Assembly (NCBI GenBank): GCA_965215975.1
Contig: OZ244136.1
Location: 3,413,281 to 3,477,280, forward strand
Source of the DNA: Dehalococcoidia bacterium
GTDB taxonomy: Bacteria > Chloroflexota > Dehalococcoidia > Lucifugimonadales > UBA3495
DNA length: 64,000 nt
Reading direction: 5' to 3'
The notes beneath the pieces are model-generated. The model ran no database searches, was not told where the DNA came from, and saw only the letters and a list, made by a program, of their open reading frames with translations. Shown piece by piece: positions 55,324 through 64,000 of the stretch. The first letter of the stretch is position 1, and each line of letters opens with the position of its first letter. The position numbers and the translations under genes were made by a program.

Positions 55324-57180
55324 ATGAGCCCGAGGGTAAGAGGACGCGTCAATAGGCGCAAAAGCAATAATCATTTCATAGAAAACGCGATGGTACCCAC
55401 ACGAGACGGAATGAATCTGGCAACTGACATACATCGACCCCAACTTGACGGTAAGGTGGTCGAAGAGCCTTTACCGGTGTTATTGCAACGTACTCCCTAC
55501 GACAGATCCGCACCTACCCGGATGGAAGAAGCAGCCTTTTTCACTAACAGCGGCTACGTCACAGTAATCCAGGATTGCCGGGGAAGATATGAATCGGAAG
55601 GTGGTTTCACCAAGTATGTCGATGAAGGTCAGGACGGCTACGATACGGTGGAATGGCTGGCACAACAACCTTGGTGCAACGGAAAAATCGGCACCTTTGG
55701 CCTTTCCTACGCTGCTCATACCCAGGCCGCCCTGGCCTGCTTGAACCCGCCACACCTGGCCGCCATGTGGCTGGAATGCGGCGGATTCGCCAGCGCCTTT
55801 CACAGCGGGTGTCGAAATGGTGGGGCCTTCGAGTTGAGGCAGGTGACCTGGGCGTTTCGGGAGGCCCTGGAAAGCCCCGAAGCAAGGGACAACCCAGATA
55901 CAACCAGGGCAGCCATGTCCCGTCAGGATATTCACGACTGGTTCGCACGGTTTCCCTGGAAGAAAGGACACTCGCCGCTCAGCTGGACGCCTGACTACGA
56001 GAATTATCTCTTCGAGATTTGGGGCCACGATACTTTCGACGAGTATTGGCAGCAGGTAGGCCTGTGCGCGTCGGCGCATTACGGTCCTTTTTCCGATGTG
56101 CCCCAGGTGCACCAATGCAGTTGGTACGATCCCTACGCTGCAGGAACGGTACAGAATTACCTGGCGCTGTCCCAGGGCAAATCCAGCCAGGTGTCGCTGA
56201 TAATGGGCCCTTGGACCCACGGGTCCCGTTCAGTCACTTATGCAGGAAATGTGGACTTCGGTCCCCATTCAACCCTGGACAATCCCAAGGACGGCAGCTT
56301 CAACCAGCAGAGGCTCACTTTCTTTGACCGATGGATGAAGGGAGAAACCAATGACTGGGACAAGCGACCGCTAGTAAAGCTGTTCGTCATGGGAGGAGGC
56401 AGTGGACGCAGGAATCCGGAAGGAAGACTCGACCACGGGGGAAGATGGGTGGAAGAAACCAGTTGGCCTCCGGACCGAGTGAAAGAAACCGCCTTCTATC
56501 TCCATCAGGGCGGGAGGCTATCCATCGCTCTACCCCAAATGGAGGCGCAGCCAAGCAAATACCGTTTCGATCCCCTGGACCCGGTACCCACCGTGGGCGG
56601 AAATATCTCTTCTGGCCTCCCCATTATGGAACCTGGAGGATTTGACCAGAGAGAATCTGAGGAGTTCTTTGGCAGTAAGGCACCATATTTGTCACTGGCT
56701 TCCCGTCCTGATGTGCTGGTATTTCAAACGGAACCCCTGGCAGAGAGCCTGGAAGTTACGGGGCCGGTGGTAGTTCACCTATGGATATCATCCACCGCCG
56801 TCGACACTGACTTCACAGCGAAGCTCATAGACGTCTACCCCCCTTGTCGGGACTATCCGGAAGGCTATGCATTAAACCTGACCGACGGCGTCTTGCGAGC
56901 CAAGTTCCGCACCTCCTGGAGTGACCCTCGACTAATGGAACCCGGACAGGTCTACCCCCTAACCATTGAGTTGTATCCCACAAGCAATCTGTTTGCCCAG
57001 GGTCATCGGATAAGGTTAGACATTTCCTCCAGCAACTTCCCGCGGCTGGATGTGAACGGCAATACCGGAGAAAACCCTGCTTTGTCTCCCATACTTATCG
57101 TCGCCGACAACACTGTATATCACGACCGGGGTCGGCCATCTCATGTAGTCCTTTGTGTAGCTGCGGGAGACACGGAATAG
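55324..57180 (+). CDS. CocE/NonD family hydrolase (S15 X-Pro dipeptidyl-peptidase-like)
   Basis: PVLLQRTPYD, the nucleophile region GKIGTFGLSYAA, and a C-terminal jelly-roll domain. Strong RBS AAGGAGG before the ATG at 55324. Confidence 0.85.
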   Translation: MSPRVRGRVNRRKSNNHFIENAMVPTRDGMNLATDIHRPQLDGKVVEEPLPVLLQRTPYDRSAPTRMEEAAFFTNSGYVTVIQDCRGRYESEGGFTKYVDEGQDGYDTVEWLAQQPWCNGKIGTFGLSYAAHTQAALACLNPPHLAAMWLECGGFASAFHSGCRNGGAFELRQVTWAFREALESPEARDNPDTTRAAMSRQDIHDWFARFPWKKGHSPLSWTPDYENYLFEIWGHDTFDEYWQQVGLCASAHYGPFSDVPQVHQCSWYDPYAAGTVQNYLALSQGKSSQVSLIMGPWTHGSRSVTYAGNVDFGPHSTLDNPKDGSFNQQRLTFFDRWMKGETNDWDKRPLVKLFVMGGGSGRRNPEGRLDHGGRWVEETSWPPDRVKETAFYLHQGGRLSIALPQMEAQPSKYRFDPLDPVPTVGGNISSGLPIMEPGGFDQRESEEFFGSKAPYLSLASRPDVLVFQTEPLAESLEVTGPVVVHLWISSTAVDTDFTAKLIDVYPPCRDYPEGYALNLTDGVLRAKFRTSWSDPRLMEPGQVYPLTIELYPTSNLFAQGHRIRLDISSSNFPRLDVNGNTGENPALSPILIVADNTVYHDRGRPSHVVLCVAAGDTE

Positions 57181-57226
57181 CAATACCGATATTTAACAGG
57201 AATCATACTTTTCTTCTATTTTTTTC

Positions 57227-57259
57227 AGGGCGAGCTTAATGCTCGCCCTACTTTTTTTG
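57227..57259 (+). terminator. rho-independent terminator after the CocE/NonD gene
   Basis: AGGGCGAGC-ttaat-GCTCGCCCT followed by ACTTTTTTT. Confidence 0.75.
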
Positions 57260-57301
57260 CCCACGGCTGTTCAGGTCGAGTTCAGTCTTCCAAGAAGGCT
57301 T

Positions 57302-58258
57302 TTACTCTCCAACAAAGAACTTTCTTGGATTCACCACCGTCAGCTGATTAATATCGGCATCAGTAGCGCCCAGTTCCAGAAGTCGTGGCAGCACCTTGCG
57401 GGGAATAAAGTTATAGCCGTCGGGATTCGCACGACGACGCTCCTCTTGCACTTCGGCTCCGTGGCGCGCCTTGGGTACGGAATAGTCATGGGAAAGCATG
57501 ATTCGCCCGGTGAAGCCAGCATCCATCAACTTCTTGGCCACCTCGGTTCTTCGTTCCCAGTCCGGCGTGCCTGGAACTCTGCCGCCGGGATACCGGTCCA
57601 GACCTAACCAAACCCCTTTGTTCAGCAGGCCCAGCAGGTAGTCCATGTCCGTGTCGTCATTGCTGTGGCCGATGTAAACCCGACTAAGATCGACGCCTTC
57701 CTCTTCCAGGATAGCTACTTGCTGGTCACCCACGCGATCAGGAGACCAGGTATGGGTAGAAATCGGGGCGCCGGTTTGGAGGTGAGCTCGAGCGGCGGCC
57801 CGGAGCACAACTTCCTGGGGTGGAGTAATTCCGCCCCGGTCGCTAGCCACTTTGATAACCGCGGCTTTGACACCGGTACCTTCAATGCCTTCTTCGATTT
57901 CCCGTACGTACATAGGCGCTATTGCGTCGGGAGAAACCTCGCCAAAAGGCCTGGGCACTGCCAGGTGATTTCCAGTGGCTACAACTATGTTTACACCACT
58001 TTGCCTCGACACTTCTGCAATCATTTCAACGTCCCGCCCAAGGTCGAAGGTGCTCACATCAATGATGGTTCGCAACCCTGCTTCCTCGCAGGCTTCTTTC
58101 AGGGCCGCGGTCGATTGCTCTACTATTCCCTGTCGGTCAATGATTTCCGGATAGGTATGGCGCAGACCGGCGGCGTTCGTTCCGACGTGCTCATGACTGA
58201 GGGTAAGTCCAAGACTCTCTGCTTCTATTGGGCCCAAGACTGTTTCAAGCGCAGGCAT
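57302..58258 (-). CDS. phosphotriesterase-related protein (PTE/lactonase-like amidohydrolase)
   Basis: LTLSHEHV (HxH metal site) plus downstream His/Asp ligand regions (ISTHTW, IGHSND, MLSHD). RBS AAGGAGG. Confidence 0.8.
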   Translation of the reverse strand: MPALETVLGPIEAESLGLTLSHEHVGTNAAGLRHTYPEIIDRQGIVEQSTAALKEACEEAGLRTIIDVSTFDLGRDVEMIAEVSRQSGVNIVVATGNHLAVPRPFGEVSPDAIAPMYVREIEEGIEGTGVKAAVIKVASDRGGITPPQEVVLRAAARAHLQTGAPISTHTWSPDRVGDQQVAILEEEGVDLSRVYIGHSNDDTDMDYLLGLLNKGVWLGLDRYPGGRVPGTPDWERRTEVAKKLMDAGFTGRIMLSHDYSVPKARHGAEVQEERRRANPDGYNFIPRKVLPRLLELGATDADINQLTVVNPRKFFVGE

Positions 58259-58369
58259 CCTGTATCCTCCTTAAATAGGGTCTTCCTCTTTCTGGAAATT
58301 AGTGGATATTCTCCGCGGTTGCAGCGTGTCGTGTATTCTATACTCCAGTTCACCGACAAGGGAAACCCT

Positions 58370-58400
58370 TTGTAGCACCCTGGGTTGTAGCACCCCTGGG
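58370..58400 (+). repeat. tandem direct repeat TTGTAGCACCC(C)TGGG x2
   Basis: Copies at 58370-58384 and 58385-58400 are adjacent, in the divergent region between the PTE-like and dehalogenase-like genes. Confidence 0.6.
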
Positions 58401-58413
58401 TGATTCGAACTAA

Positions 58414-58565
58414 CTAAACTAAAGCCACGGTGGGATGTGCATTTAAGTGGCGAGGATGATCAACTGGGTTGCGCCGGTGAATCCCTCTCGTCCGTACTTG
58501 GAGAATGACCCGGCTCCGTCGTTTGCCCCCCACCATATGCGCATTTCACCTTGGCTTTAGTTTAG
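58414..58565 (+). other. 19-nt inverted repeat pair (18/19 complementary) enclosing 114 nt
   Basis: CTAAACTAAAGCCACGGTG (58414-58432) pairs with CACCTTGGCTTTAGTTTAG (58547-58565). The element ends 35 nt before ATG 58600. Confidence 0.5.
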
Positions 58566-58599
58566 GATGGCTAAAAGGGCGCCAATAAATGGAGGAGCG

Positions 58600-59472
58600 A
58601 TGTTCGAAGGATTTGAACGTAGAAAAGTCGAAACAAGTGGGGCGGCCATCAACCTTGTTGTGGGGGGCAGTGGCCCGGCTTTGCTGCTGCTTCACGGCTA
58701 CCCCCAGACCCACACTATGTGGCACAAGGTAGCTCCTCGTCTCTCCGAGGATTTTACAGTAGTGGCAGCTGACCTGAGGGGATATGGAGACAGCGACAAG
58801 CCTGCCGGGGACTCCGAACACATTAATTATTCAAAGCGAGCCATGGCCAGAGACCAGGCGGAAGCGATGGAGAACCTGGGTTTTGACACGTTCTTCCTGG
58901 CCGGACACGACCGAGGGGCCCGGGTGTCACACCGCCTGACCAAAGACTACCCGGAGCGGATCAGGAAACTCGCAACCCTCGACATTATTCCGACCCACCG
59001 AATGTTCCAGATCGTCAACAAAGAAATGGCTTCCAACACGTACCACTGGTTTTTTCTCATCCAACCTTACGATTTCCCTGAGCGAGTGATTGGCGCAGGG
59101 GCCGATTTCTTCATTCGGTCCAGTTTTCAGCGCTTCCCGAGTTGGGAGAGCATATTCCCTTCCGAGGCCCTGGAAGAGTACGTAAGGTGCTCAACCGACC
59201 CGGACTCGATCCATGCAATGTGTGAGGACTATCGGGCGGGCGCCAGCATCGATCTGGTTCACGACGATGAGGACTTCGAAAGCAAGATAACATGCCCGCA
59301 CCTGGCGTTGTGGAGCGACCGGGGATACGTTGGCAGGACCCAGGATGTATTGGCCGTTTGGAGCGACTACTCCACAAACGTCAGGGGGCACTCCGTACCC
59401 TCAGGTCATTACATTGCGGAAGAGTTGCCGGATGTAACTTACGAAACCTTAAAGACATTCTTTCTTGAATAG
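58600..59472 (+). CDS. alpha/beta hydrolase of the haloacetate (fluoroacetate) dehalogenase H-1 type
   Basis: MFEGFERR... N-terminus, LLLLHGYPQTHTMWHKVAP, nucleophile/Arg motif GHDRGARVSHR, halide-pocket YHW and CEDYRAG, and C-terminal SGHYIAEE. GGAGG lies 4 nt before ATG 58600 (track start 58567). Confidence 0.7.
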   Translation: MFEGFERRKVETSGAAINLVVGGSGPALLLLHGYPQTHTMWHKVAPRLSEDFTVVAADLRGYGDSDKPAGDSEHINYSKRAMARDQAEAMENLGFDTFFLAGHDRGARVSHRLTKDYPERIRKLATLDIIPTHRMFQIVNKEMASNTYHWFFLIQPYDFPERVIGAGADFFIRSSFQRFPSWESIFPSEALEEYVRCSTDPDSIHAMCEDYRAGASIDLVHDDEDFESKITCPHLALWSDRGYVGRTQDVLAVWSDYSTNVRGHSVPSGHYIAEELPDVTYETLKTFFLE

Positions 59473-59515
59473 GTCGGTAGTACCCGCTGGTCGGGTCCCG
59501 TGGTCGAAAAAAGTA

Positions 59516-59550
59516 GGGGACAGGTAGATAACCTGTCCCCCGTCATTTTT
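59516..59550. terminator. bidirectional rho-independent terminator
   Basis: GGGGACAGGT-agata-ACCTGTCCCC, with CGTCATTTTT downstream on the plus strand and CTACTTTTTT downstream on the minus strand. Confidence 0.75.
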
Positions 59551-59616
59551 GCAACGAATTAGTCTGCTAGTCAAACTGGCAATAGAAAAACTTCTTCGCC
59601 AGCGCCATTGTGTAGG

Positions 59617-60027
59617 CTATGGGTTGGCTTTGGGCAGTCCCTGTTCCATGGCCCGCATCTGGCACTCCAGGCAAAGCAATTCCTGGAGCAGGTCAGTGGC
59701 AGCCCAGATGTTGTCGCCAACCTCTCCACAAAGGAACTGGGGGACCGTTTCCTCCCAAGACGAAGCGGAAAGCGACTCGACGTAGTGAATATATCCGGTC
59801 TTGTCCGCGGTACCCCACCACCAAGGAGAAAACTCTCGGTTTAACTCCATGGTAGTTGCGGCACTGATCCACCCGTCGTCGGGTAGCTCAACCACCCAAC
59901 CTCCTTGGCCTTCAGAGCCTTCCTCACGAAAAGCTTGCAACTCTCCGCCACGAATGCACTCTCGCACTTGTGCAGTTGAGATCCGCAATCTTTGGGAAGC
60001 CTCCCTAATGGTTACTCTCTCCATCAA
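59617..60027 (-). CDS. hypothetical protein with N-terminal excisionase/MerR-type helix-turn-helix
   Basis: VTIREASQRLRISTAQVRECIRGGELQAF resembles HTH_17/excisionase domains. The remaining Trp-rich domain is unrecognised. Confidence 0.5.
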   Translation of the reverse strand: MMERVTIREASQRLRISTAQVRECIRGGELQAFREEGSEGQGGWVVELPDDGWISAATTMELNREFSPWWWGTADKTGYIHYVESLSASSWEETVPQFLCGEVGDNIWAATDLLQELLCLECQMRAMEQGLPKANP

Positions 60028-60114
60028 TAGCCTCCCTAATCAGACTCAGACGCACGGGTCCACGTGCATCTACGAATTGCCGCTATTATGGTGCATTTGG
60101 TCTCAAAAGTAAAA

Positions 60115-60143
60115 GCCCCCGACCTCTTAAAGAGGTCGGGGGC
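60115..60143 (-). terminator. rho-independent terminator of the second ABC permease operon
   Basis: 13-bp perfect stem GCCCCCGACCTCT-taa-AGAGGTCGGGGGC, followed by TTTTACTTTT on the minus strand. Confidence 0.8.
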
Positions 60144-60180
60144 CACAATTTTCACTACCCATCGAGGTTGCAGGCGGTTA

Positions 60181-61164
60181 TCAGCCTACACCTGCGTCCT
60201 TGGCTTCCTTAGTCGCCTTGAGCCAGCGCCACCGCTGTAAGGGGTCGCTCACAGCCCGCATCCAGACTCCAAAGAGATTGAAGGAAAGCGCAGTCAGGAA
60301 AATGGCTGCTCCCGGTACGACCACCACCCACCAAGCGGTAACGATGTAGTCGCGGCCCTGAGAAAGCATCAGGCCCCAGGAGGATTCGGGAGGCTGAATG
60401 CCGAAACCCAGGAAACTCAAGGTGGACTCGGTCAGAATGTTTCGCGGTACTTCCAGAGCCGCCAAGGTCAATAGAGGTGTGATCAGGTTTGGCAGCACAT
60501 GGCGACCAATGATCCGGCTGTCGCTCGCGCCTATCGCACGGGCTGCATCGACGAAGGCTTGTTCACGCAGGGAAAGTACCACTCCCCTGGTAACGCGACA
60601 GAATAGCATCCAGCGGGCAATCGCAAACACAATGATGATATTGGTGAAACTTGGCCCCAGGATGAATAACACCATAAGGGCCAGCAATAATAAGGGCACA
60701 GACATGAAGATGTCCACCGCCCTCATAATAACATCGTCCAGAATGCCCCGATAATATCCCGCAGTAATCCCCAGAAAAACGCCGATTACACTGGAGACTA
60801 ATACTCCCAGCAGACCCACAGATATCGATATCCTGCCGCCGTAAATGAGCCGGCTCAGGTAGTCCCGACCCAGGTGGTCAGTTCCCAGGAGGAAGAAGCG
60901 CTGCTCTTCGACAGTCTGGCTGTTGACCCGATAGGTAGCAGTACCGACCGCAAGTGGACCCTGATGGCGCAACCTTAACTGTTGGTTCTGCGGATCGTAA
61001 GGAGCTACCAAGGGCGCGAACAAGGCCGCCATCACCATGATAAAAAGGAACAACGCCGAGAGAAGAGTTATCGGGTCGTTCAAGAACGCCTGAACCAAAG
61101 CATTATGCCAAATGGCGACTATTGGATTAGGCTTCTGAGTTACGATTGAAATATCGCTTTGCAT
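60181..61164 (-). CDS. ABC transporter permease (DppC/OppC type)
   Basis: TM pattern and EAA loop VDAARAIGASDSRIIGRHVLPN. Confidence 0.85.
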   Translation of the reverse strand: MQSDISIVTQKPNPIVAIWHNALVQAFLNDPITLLSALFLFIMVMAALFAPLVAPYDPQNQQLRLRHQGPLAVGTATYRVNSQTVEEQRFFLLGTDHLGRDYLSRLIYGGRISISVGLLGVLVSSVIGVFLGITAGYYRGILDDVIMRAVDIFMSVPLLLLALMVLFILGPSFTNIIIVFAIARWMLFCRVTRGVVLSLREQAFVDAARAIGASDSRIIGRHVLPNLITPLLTLAALEVPRNILTESTLSFLGFGIQPPESSWGLMLSQGRDYIVTAWWVVVVPGAAIFLTALSFNLFGVWMRAVSDPLQRWRWLKATKEAKDAGVG

Positions 61165-61265
61165 ATCAGAACAAAGTCCTCAAAGCAGAATGGGTATCAA
61201 GTCTATTTGTTCCCACCGGCAACCTCACAGCACGATGTATGAGAGGCGACCGGGGCCCGAAAAGG

Positions 61266-62207
61266 CTAACTGTACGAAATTCTCGGGTCCAGCCAAGTGT
61301 AAAACAAGTCTACCCCTAGGTTAATCACCATGACCATCAGTGCAATTACGAACACAGAGGACGTAACGATCGGCAGGTCCCGCGCGTTAATACCGTCGAT
61401 CAACAGCTTGCCAATGCCGGGCCAGCCGAAAATAATCTCAACTACCGTAGACCCGTTCATGAAACCGGCTAATTCATCGCCCATAAGGGTAACAATGGAA
61501 ATCGAGGCGTTCTTAAGAACATGCCCATAGAGAATGCTCGTTTCTCCTAACCCCTTGGAACGAGCCGTAGCAACGTACTGCTTGGCAATTTCCTCAATCA
61601 TCGTGGAACGGGTTATCTGGGCGTTCCGCCCCATCACCAGCGGACACAAAGCCATGGCAGGCAGAACCATGTACTTCCAACCCTCTGGGCCCAAACCCTT
61701 GAAACCGGAAGTGGGCAGGAGATCAAATTGAACGGATACCAACAGAATGAGCATCAGCGCCAGCCAGAACTGGGGCACCGAGATGACCGCAAAAGATAGT
61801 ATGTTGACAATGCGATCAATGAATCCTCTGGGCCGTCTAGCCGCCAGCATGCCCAGCGGAATGCCAGTGCTTCCTATGATCCAGGCCACTATGGCCAATG
61901 CCGCCGTATTGGGCAACCGGTCAAAGATCATCTCCCGTGCATCAATGCGATGGCGTAGAGACTTCCCGAAGTCCCCACGCACCAGGTCCCAATAAAAATC
62001 CGCGAATCGAATATAGAGTGGCCGGTCCAGACCAAACTTTGTGCGGAGGGCGTCAATGGTCTCTTGCGACGCGTCCTCGTCAACCATCAATTCAACCGGA
62101 TCCCCCAGAACATTGATGGCCAGAAAGAGCAACCCCATAAGGCCAGCCACAATGAATATCGAGTGGCCGATTCGACGAATCATGTAGTTACGCACATTCC
62201 CCTCCAA
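61266..62207 (-). CDS. ABC transporter permease (DppB/OppB type)
   Basis: N-terminus YMIRRIGHSIFIVAGL and EAA loop YVATARSKGLGETSILYGHVLKN. Confidence 0.85.
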   Translation of the reverse strand: MEGNVRNYMIRRIGHSIFIVAGLMGLLFLAINVLGDPVELMVDEDASQETIDALRTKFGLDRPLYIRFADFYWDLVRGDFGKSLRHRIDAREMIFDRLPNTAALAIVAWIIGSTGIPLGMLAARRPRGFIDRIVNILSFAVISVPQFWLALMLILLVSVQFDLLPTSGFKGLGPEGWKYMVLPAMALCPLVMGRNAQITRSTMIEEIAKQYVATARSKGLGETSILYGHVLKNASISIVTLMGDELAGFMNGSTVVEIIFGWPGIGKLLIDGINARDLPIVTSSVFVIALMVMVINLGVDLFYTWLDPRISYS

Positions 62208-62603
62208 GAGAGCGGTATCGTGGTCTTAAGCCTAATGAACCGAAGATTCGCGCTGGCCAGGCAACAGTTTCGCCTTTTCCTCACACCTTGGCCGACTACA
62301 TGCAGCGGGTCTGCTATCAAAGGGTCATAGCCCTATGTGCCCAGACTCTTCGCTGTAACTAAAAGATAGCCCGTTATCCCTAATGGCACCTATCAACTCG
62401 TGCAGGATTCTGAAGTACTACGTTTCTACGAGAAAAATTGCTAACTTGATCTACAGAACGATCGAAAGCGCTAAGAAACTTGGTCTTTCATTGGCGAAGG
62501 GTGATACGTCGAATTATACCCCGCCAATAGTGTGAAAGATTGGGACGATTAAACAACGGCTGCTCGTATTTGTCAATAAATATTAAGTATTTCAAGAGAT
62601 TAA

Positions 62604-62622
62604 GTTGTTCCATATGAACAAC
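62604..62622. promoter_or_regulatory. palindrome GTTGTTC-catat-GAACAAC
   Basis: 7-bp perfect arms inside the 670-bp AT-rich spacer between the binding-protein gene and the permease genes. Confidence 0.3.
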
Positions 62623-62812
62623 CAACCAACAGCAAGGAAAGAACAGCGCATACCTGCCGGCCAATTTGAGAGATATGATGTCGCAAATCACGGAATACAG
62701 GGAGTGCCAGTCTCACACGTAACGAAGGTGGAACCCTGTTTTCGTCAACGCACTCTCAATTGCTCCCCTAAAGGCTCCATATTCTTCAAGTCAAACTACT
62801 ATGGAGTGGGAA

Positions 62813-62853
62813 GCGCCCCGGGATATAGATTCAATTCTGCAATCCCGGGGCGC
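62813..62853 (-). other. 12-bp perfect stem-loop immediately downstream of the binding-protein gene
   Basis: GCGCCCCGGGAT-N17-ATCCCGGGGCGC, 24 nt after the stop at 62877. There is no U-tract. Confidence 0.5.
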
Positions 62854-62876
62854 TAACCTTTAAACCTCAGGTCGAA

Positions 62877-64000
62877 TTACTGAGTGAACCTCATGGAGTT
62901 AACACGGGTTCGCGGGTCGTAACGTGGTTCCCATTCCAGATTCTCTGCCAGACCGTAAACCTGGACAGACACGAAGAAAGGCAGGAACCAATGCTCGTCA
63001 TGGATTTTCTGGGCCAAGTGCTCCATTTTTCGGACCCTTTCCGGACCCAAGGGAGTCGCTATCGCGTCGTCGATGCTTTCCTCAAAGGTGAGACCATCGA
63101 AGCCGGGAACCAGGTTACAGACCCGGCTGTTGACGTTGAAGCAGCTGTTACGGAGCACCAACTGACGCTGCATATCCAGTGCCTCGTTGGAGGTGGCCGT
63201 CTCATAGAAGTGAGTAGTTGCACCAAATGGCGGCGGCGGGGTCTGTTCTGCGCAGGCCAGGGCCCCGGTGCGATCCTGAGTTCCGTCTTCAGCAATCTCT
63301 ATGAATTTGCCGCAGCCAGAACGACGAACCTCAGTGGCGCGGCTAGGCTCGAGCACTACAACATGCGCATTTACACCCAGGTCACGCCAGCTAGCAACAA
63401 TCGATTCAAACATTTCCAGTCCGCGATAGACGCGGGCGGCCCGAGTATGAATGCGTATCTCTTCATTCACATCGAAATTGTTGTCTTCCTGATCGTATTC
63501 GGGCTTGTAGTAACCCGATGAAGCCAGCAGTTCTCGGGACAAGTCAGGGTCAAACCCGTAATCAGCATAGTTGCTCTCGTTTATGCCCACCGTGCCCCAC
63601 TGGGAAATGTTGCCGATGCATTCCTGCAAACCGTCATAGAGGAACTCCATCAGGGACTGGCAATCTACGCCGAGAGCCAGGGCCCTGCGGACGTCCTTCT
63701 TCTTCAATTCCGGGTGCCAAATGTTATCGGCCACCAGGGTGAACACCTCATTGTTGGTACCACTCTTGGCCACCGGTACGGAATCTATATTCTCGAACCC
63801 AATGTCTACAGCCCAGTCGGCCTCGCCGGCCTGTATCATGGCAGCCCTAACCAAAGGCTCTGGGCGCCAGACTTGGAAAGCCTTCTGGATAGACGGGGCT
63901 TGCGCGTCAAAGGCAGAATTTGGCTTGTAGTTTTCGTAGGCCTCTATTTCCACTTGGATGCCCCCCTGCCATTCTACGATCTTGTAGGGGCCGATGCCGA
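62877..64000 (-). CDS. ABC transporter substrate-binding protein (family 5), 5' end outside window
   Basis: The frame stays open upstream of the track start (63953) to the window edge (...GIGPYKIVEWQGGIQVEIEAYENYKPN), which is typical of the SBP_bac_5 core. Confidence 0.8.
   Translation of the reverse strand, partial: GIGPYKIVEWQGGIQVEIEAYENYKPNSAFDAQAPSIQKAFQVWRPEPLVRAAMIQAGEADWAVDIGFENIDSVPVAKSGTNNEVFTLVADNIWHPELKKKDVRRALALGVDCQSLMEFLYDGLQECIGNISQWGTVGINESNYADYGFDPDLSRELLASSGYYKPEYDQEDNNFDVNEEIRIHTRAARVYRGLEMFESIVASWRDLGVNAHVVVLEPSRATEVRRSGCGKFIEIAEDGTQDRTGALACAEQTPPPPFGATTHFYETATSNEALDMQRQLVLRNSCFNVNSRVCNLVPGFDGLTFEESIDDAIATPLGPERVRKMEHLAQKIHDEHWFLPFFVSVQVYGLAENLEWEPRYDPRTRVNSMRFTQ

Noticed and set aside
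1-64000. CRISPR arrays, rRNA genes, prophage or integron structures, and recognisable defence or toxin-antitoxin systems.
   Set aside because: I saw no regularly spaced direct repeats, no rRNA-like sequence, and no integrase, capsid, terminase, Cas, restriction endonuclease or toxin-family motifs in any of the six frames.

Overview
This is a 64-kb chromosomal window, moderately GC-rich, with dense genes on both strands. All family calls come from motifs I recognised by eye in the translations; no search was run. Most content is housekeeping and catabolism. It includes a trxB-like 3' fragment, an amidase, a YdiJ-like FAD/Fe-S oxidase, three aminotransferases, crcB, nth and tRNA-Glu(UUC). It also includes aroQ, a ubiD-ubiA-ubiX-ubiE quinone tail module, prfA-prmC, dinB, cofE, a PduO-type adenosyltransferase, hisH-hisA and a three-subunit molybdenum hydroxylase. 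Two peptide/nickel-type ABC importers lack ATPase genes, and several hydrolases and oxidoreductases are present (LLM, VOC, class II aldolase, CocE/NonD, phosphotriesterase-like, haloacetate-dehalogenase-like). The gene content (F420 ligase, LLM enzymes, PAC2, lipoprotein binding protein on a long Pro/Ala tether) suggests a monoderm Chloroflexota- or Actinomycetota-like marine organism, which is inference only. The strongest hidden signal is a thioredoxin-fold/NHL-repeat gene that the ORF track truncates at 30953. Read upstream in frame, it continues through a single TGA placed exactly at the first Cys of the CxxC motif (C-U-I-N-C), so I predict a selenoprotein. Other accessory items are listed here:
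- a secreted two-gene module whose CARDB/dockerin protein carries ten strictly 28-residue tandem repeats
- a solitary permuted SPPY DNA methyltransferase
- a GC-rich IS4-family element flanked by poly-G
- a haloacetate/fluoroacetate-dehalogenase-like hydrolase with an unusually structured leader
- several candidate operator repeats

I found no rRNA, no CRISPR array, no prophage and no recognisable defence or toxin system.
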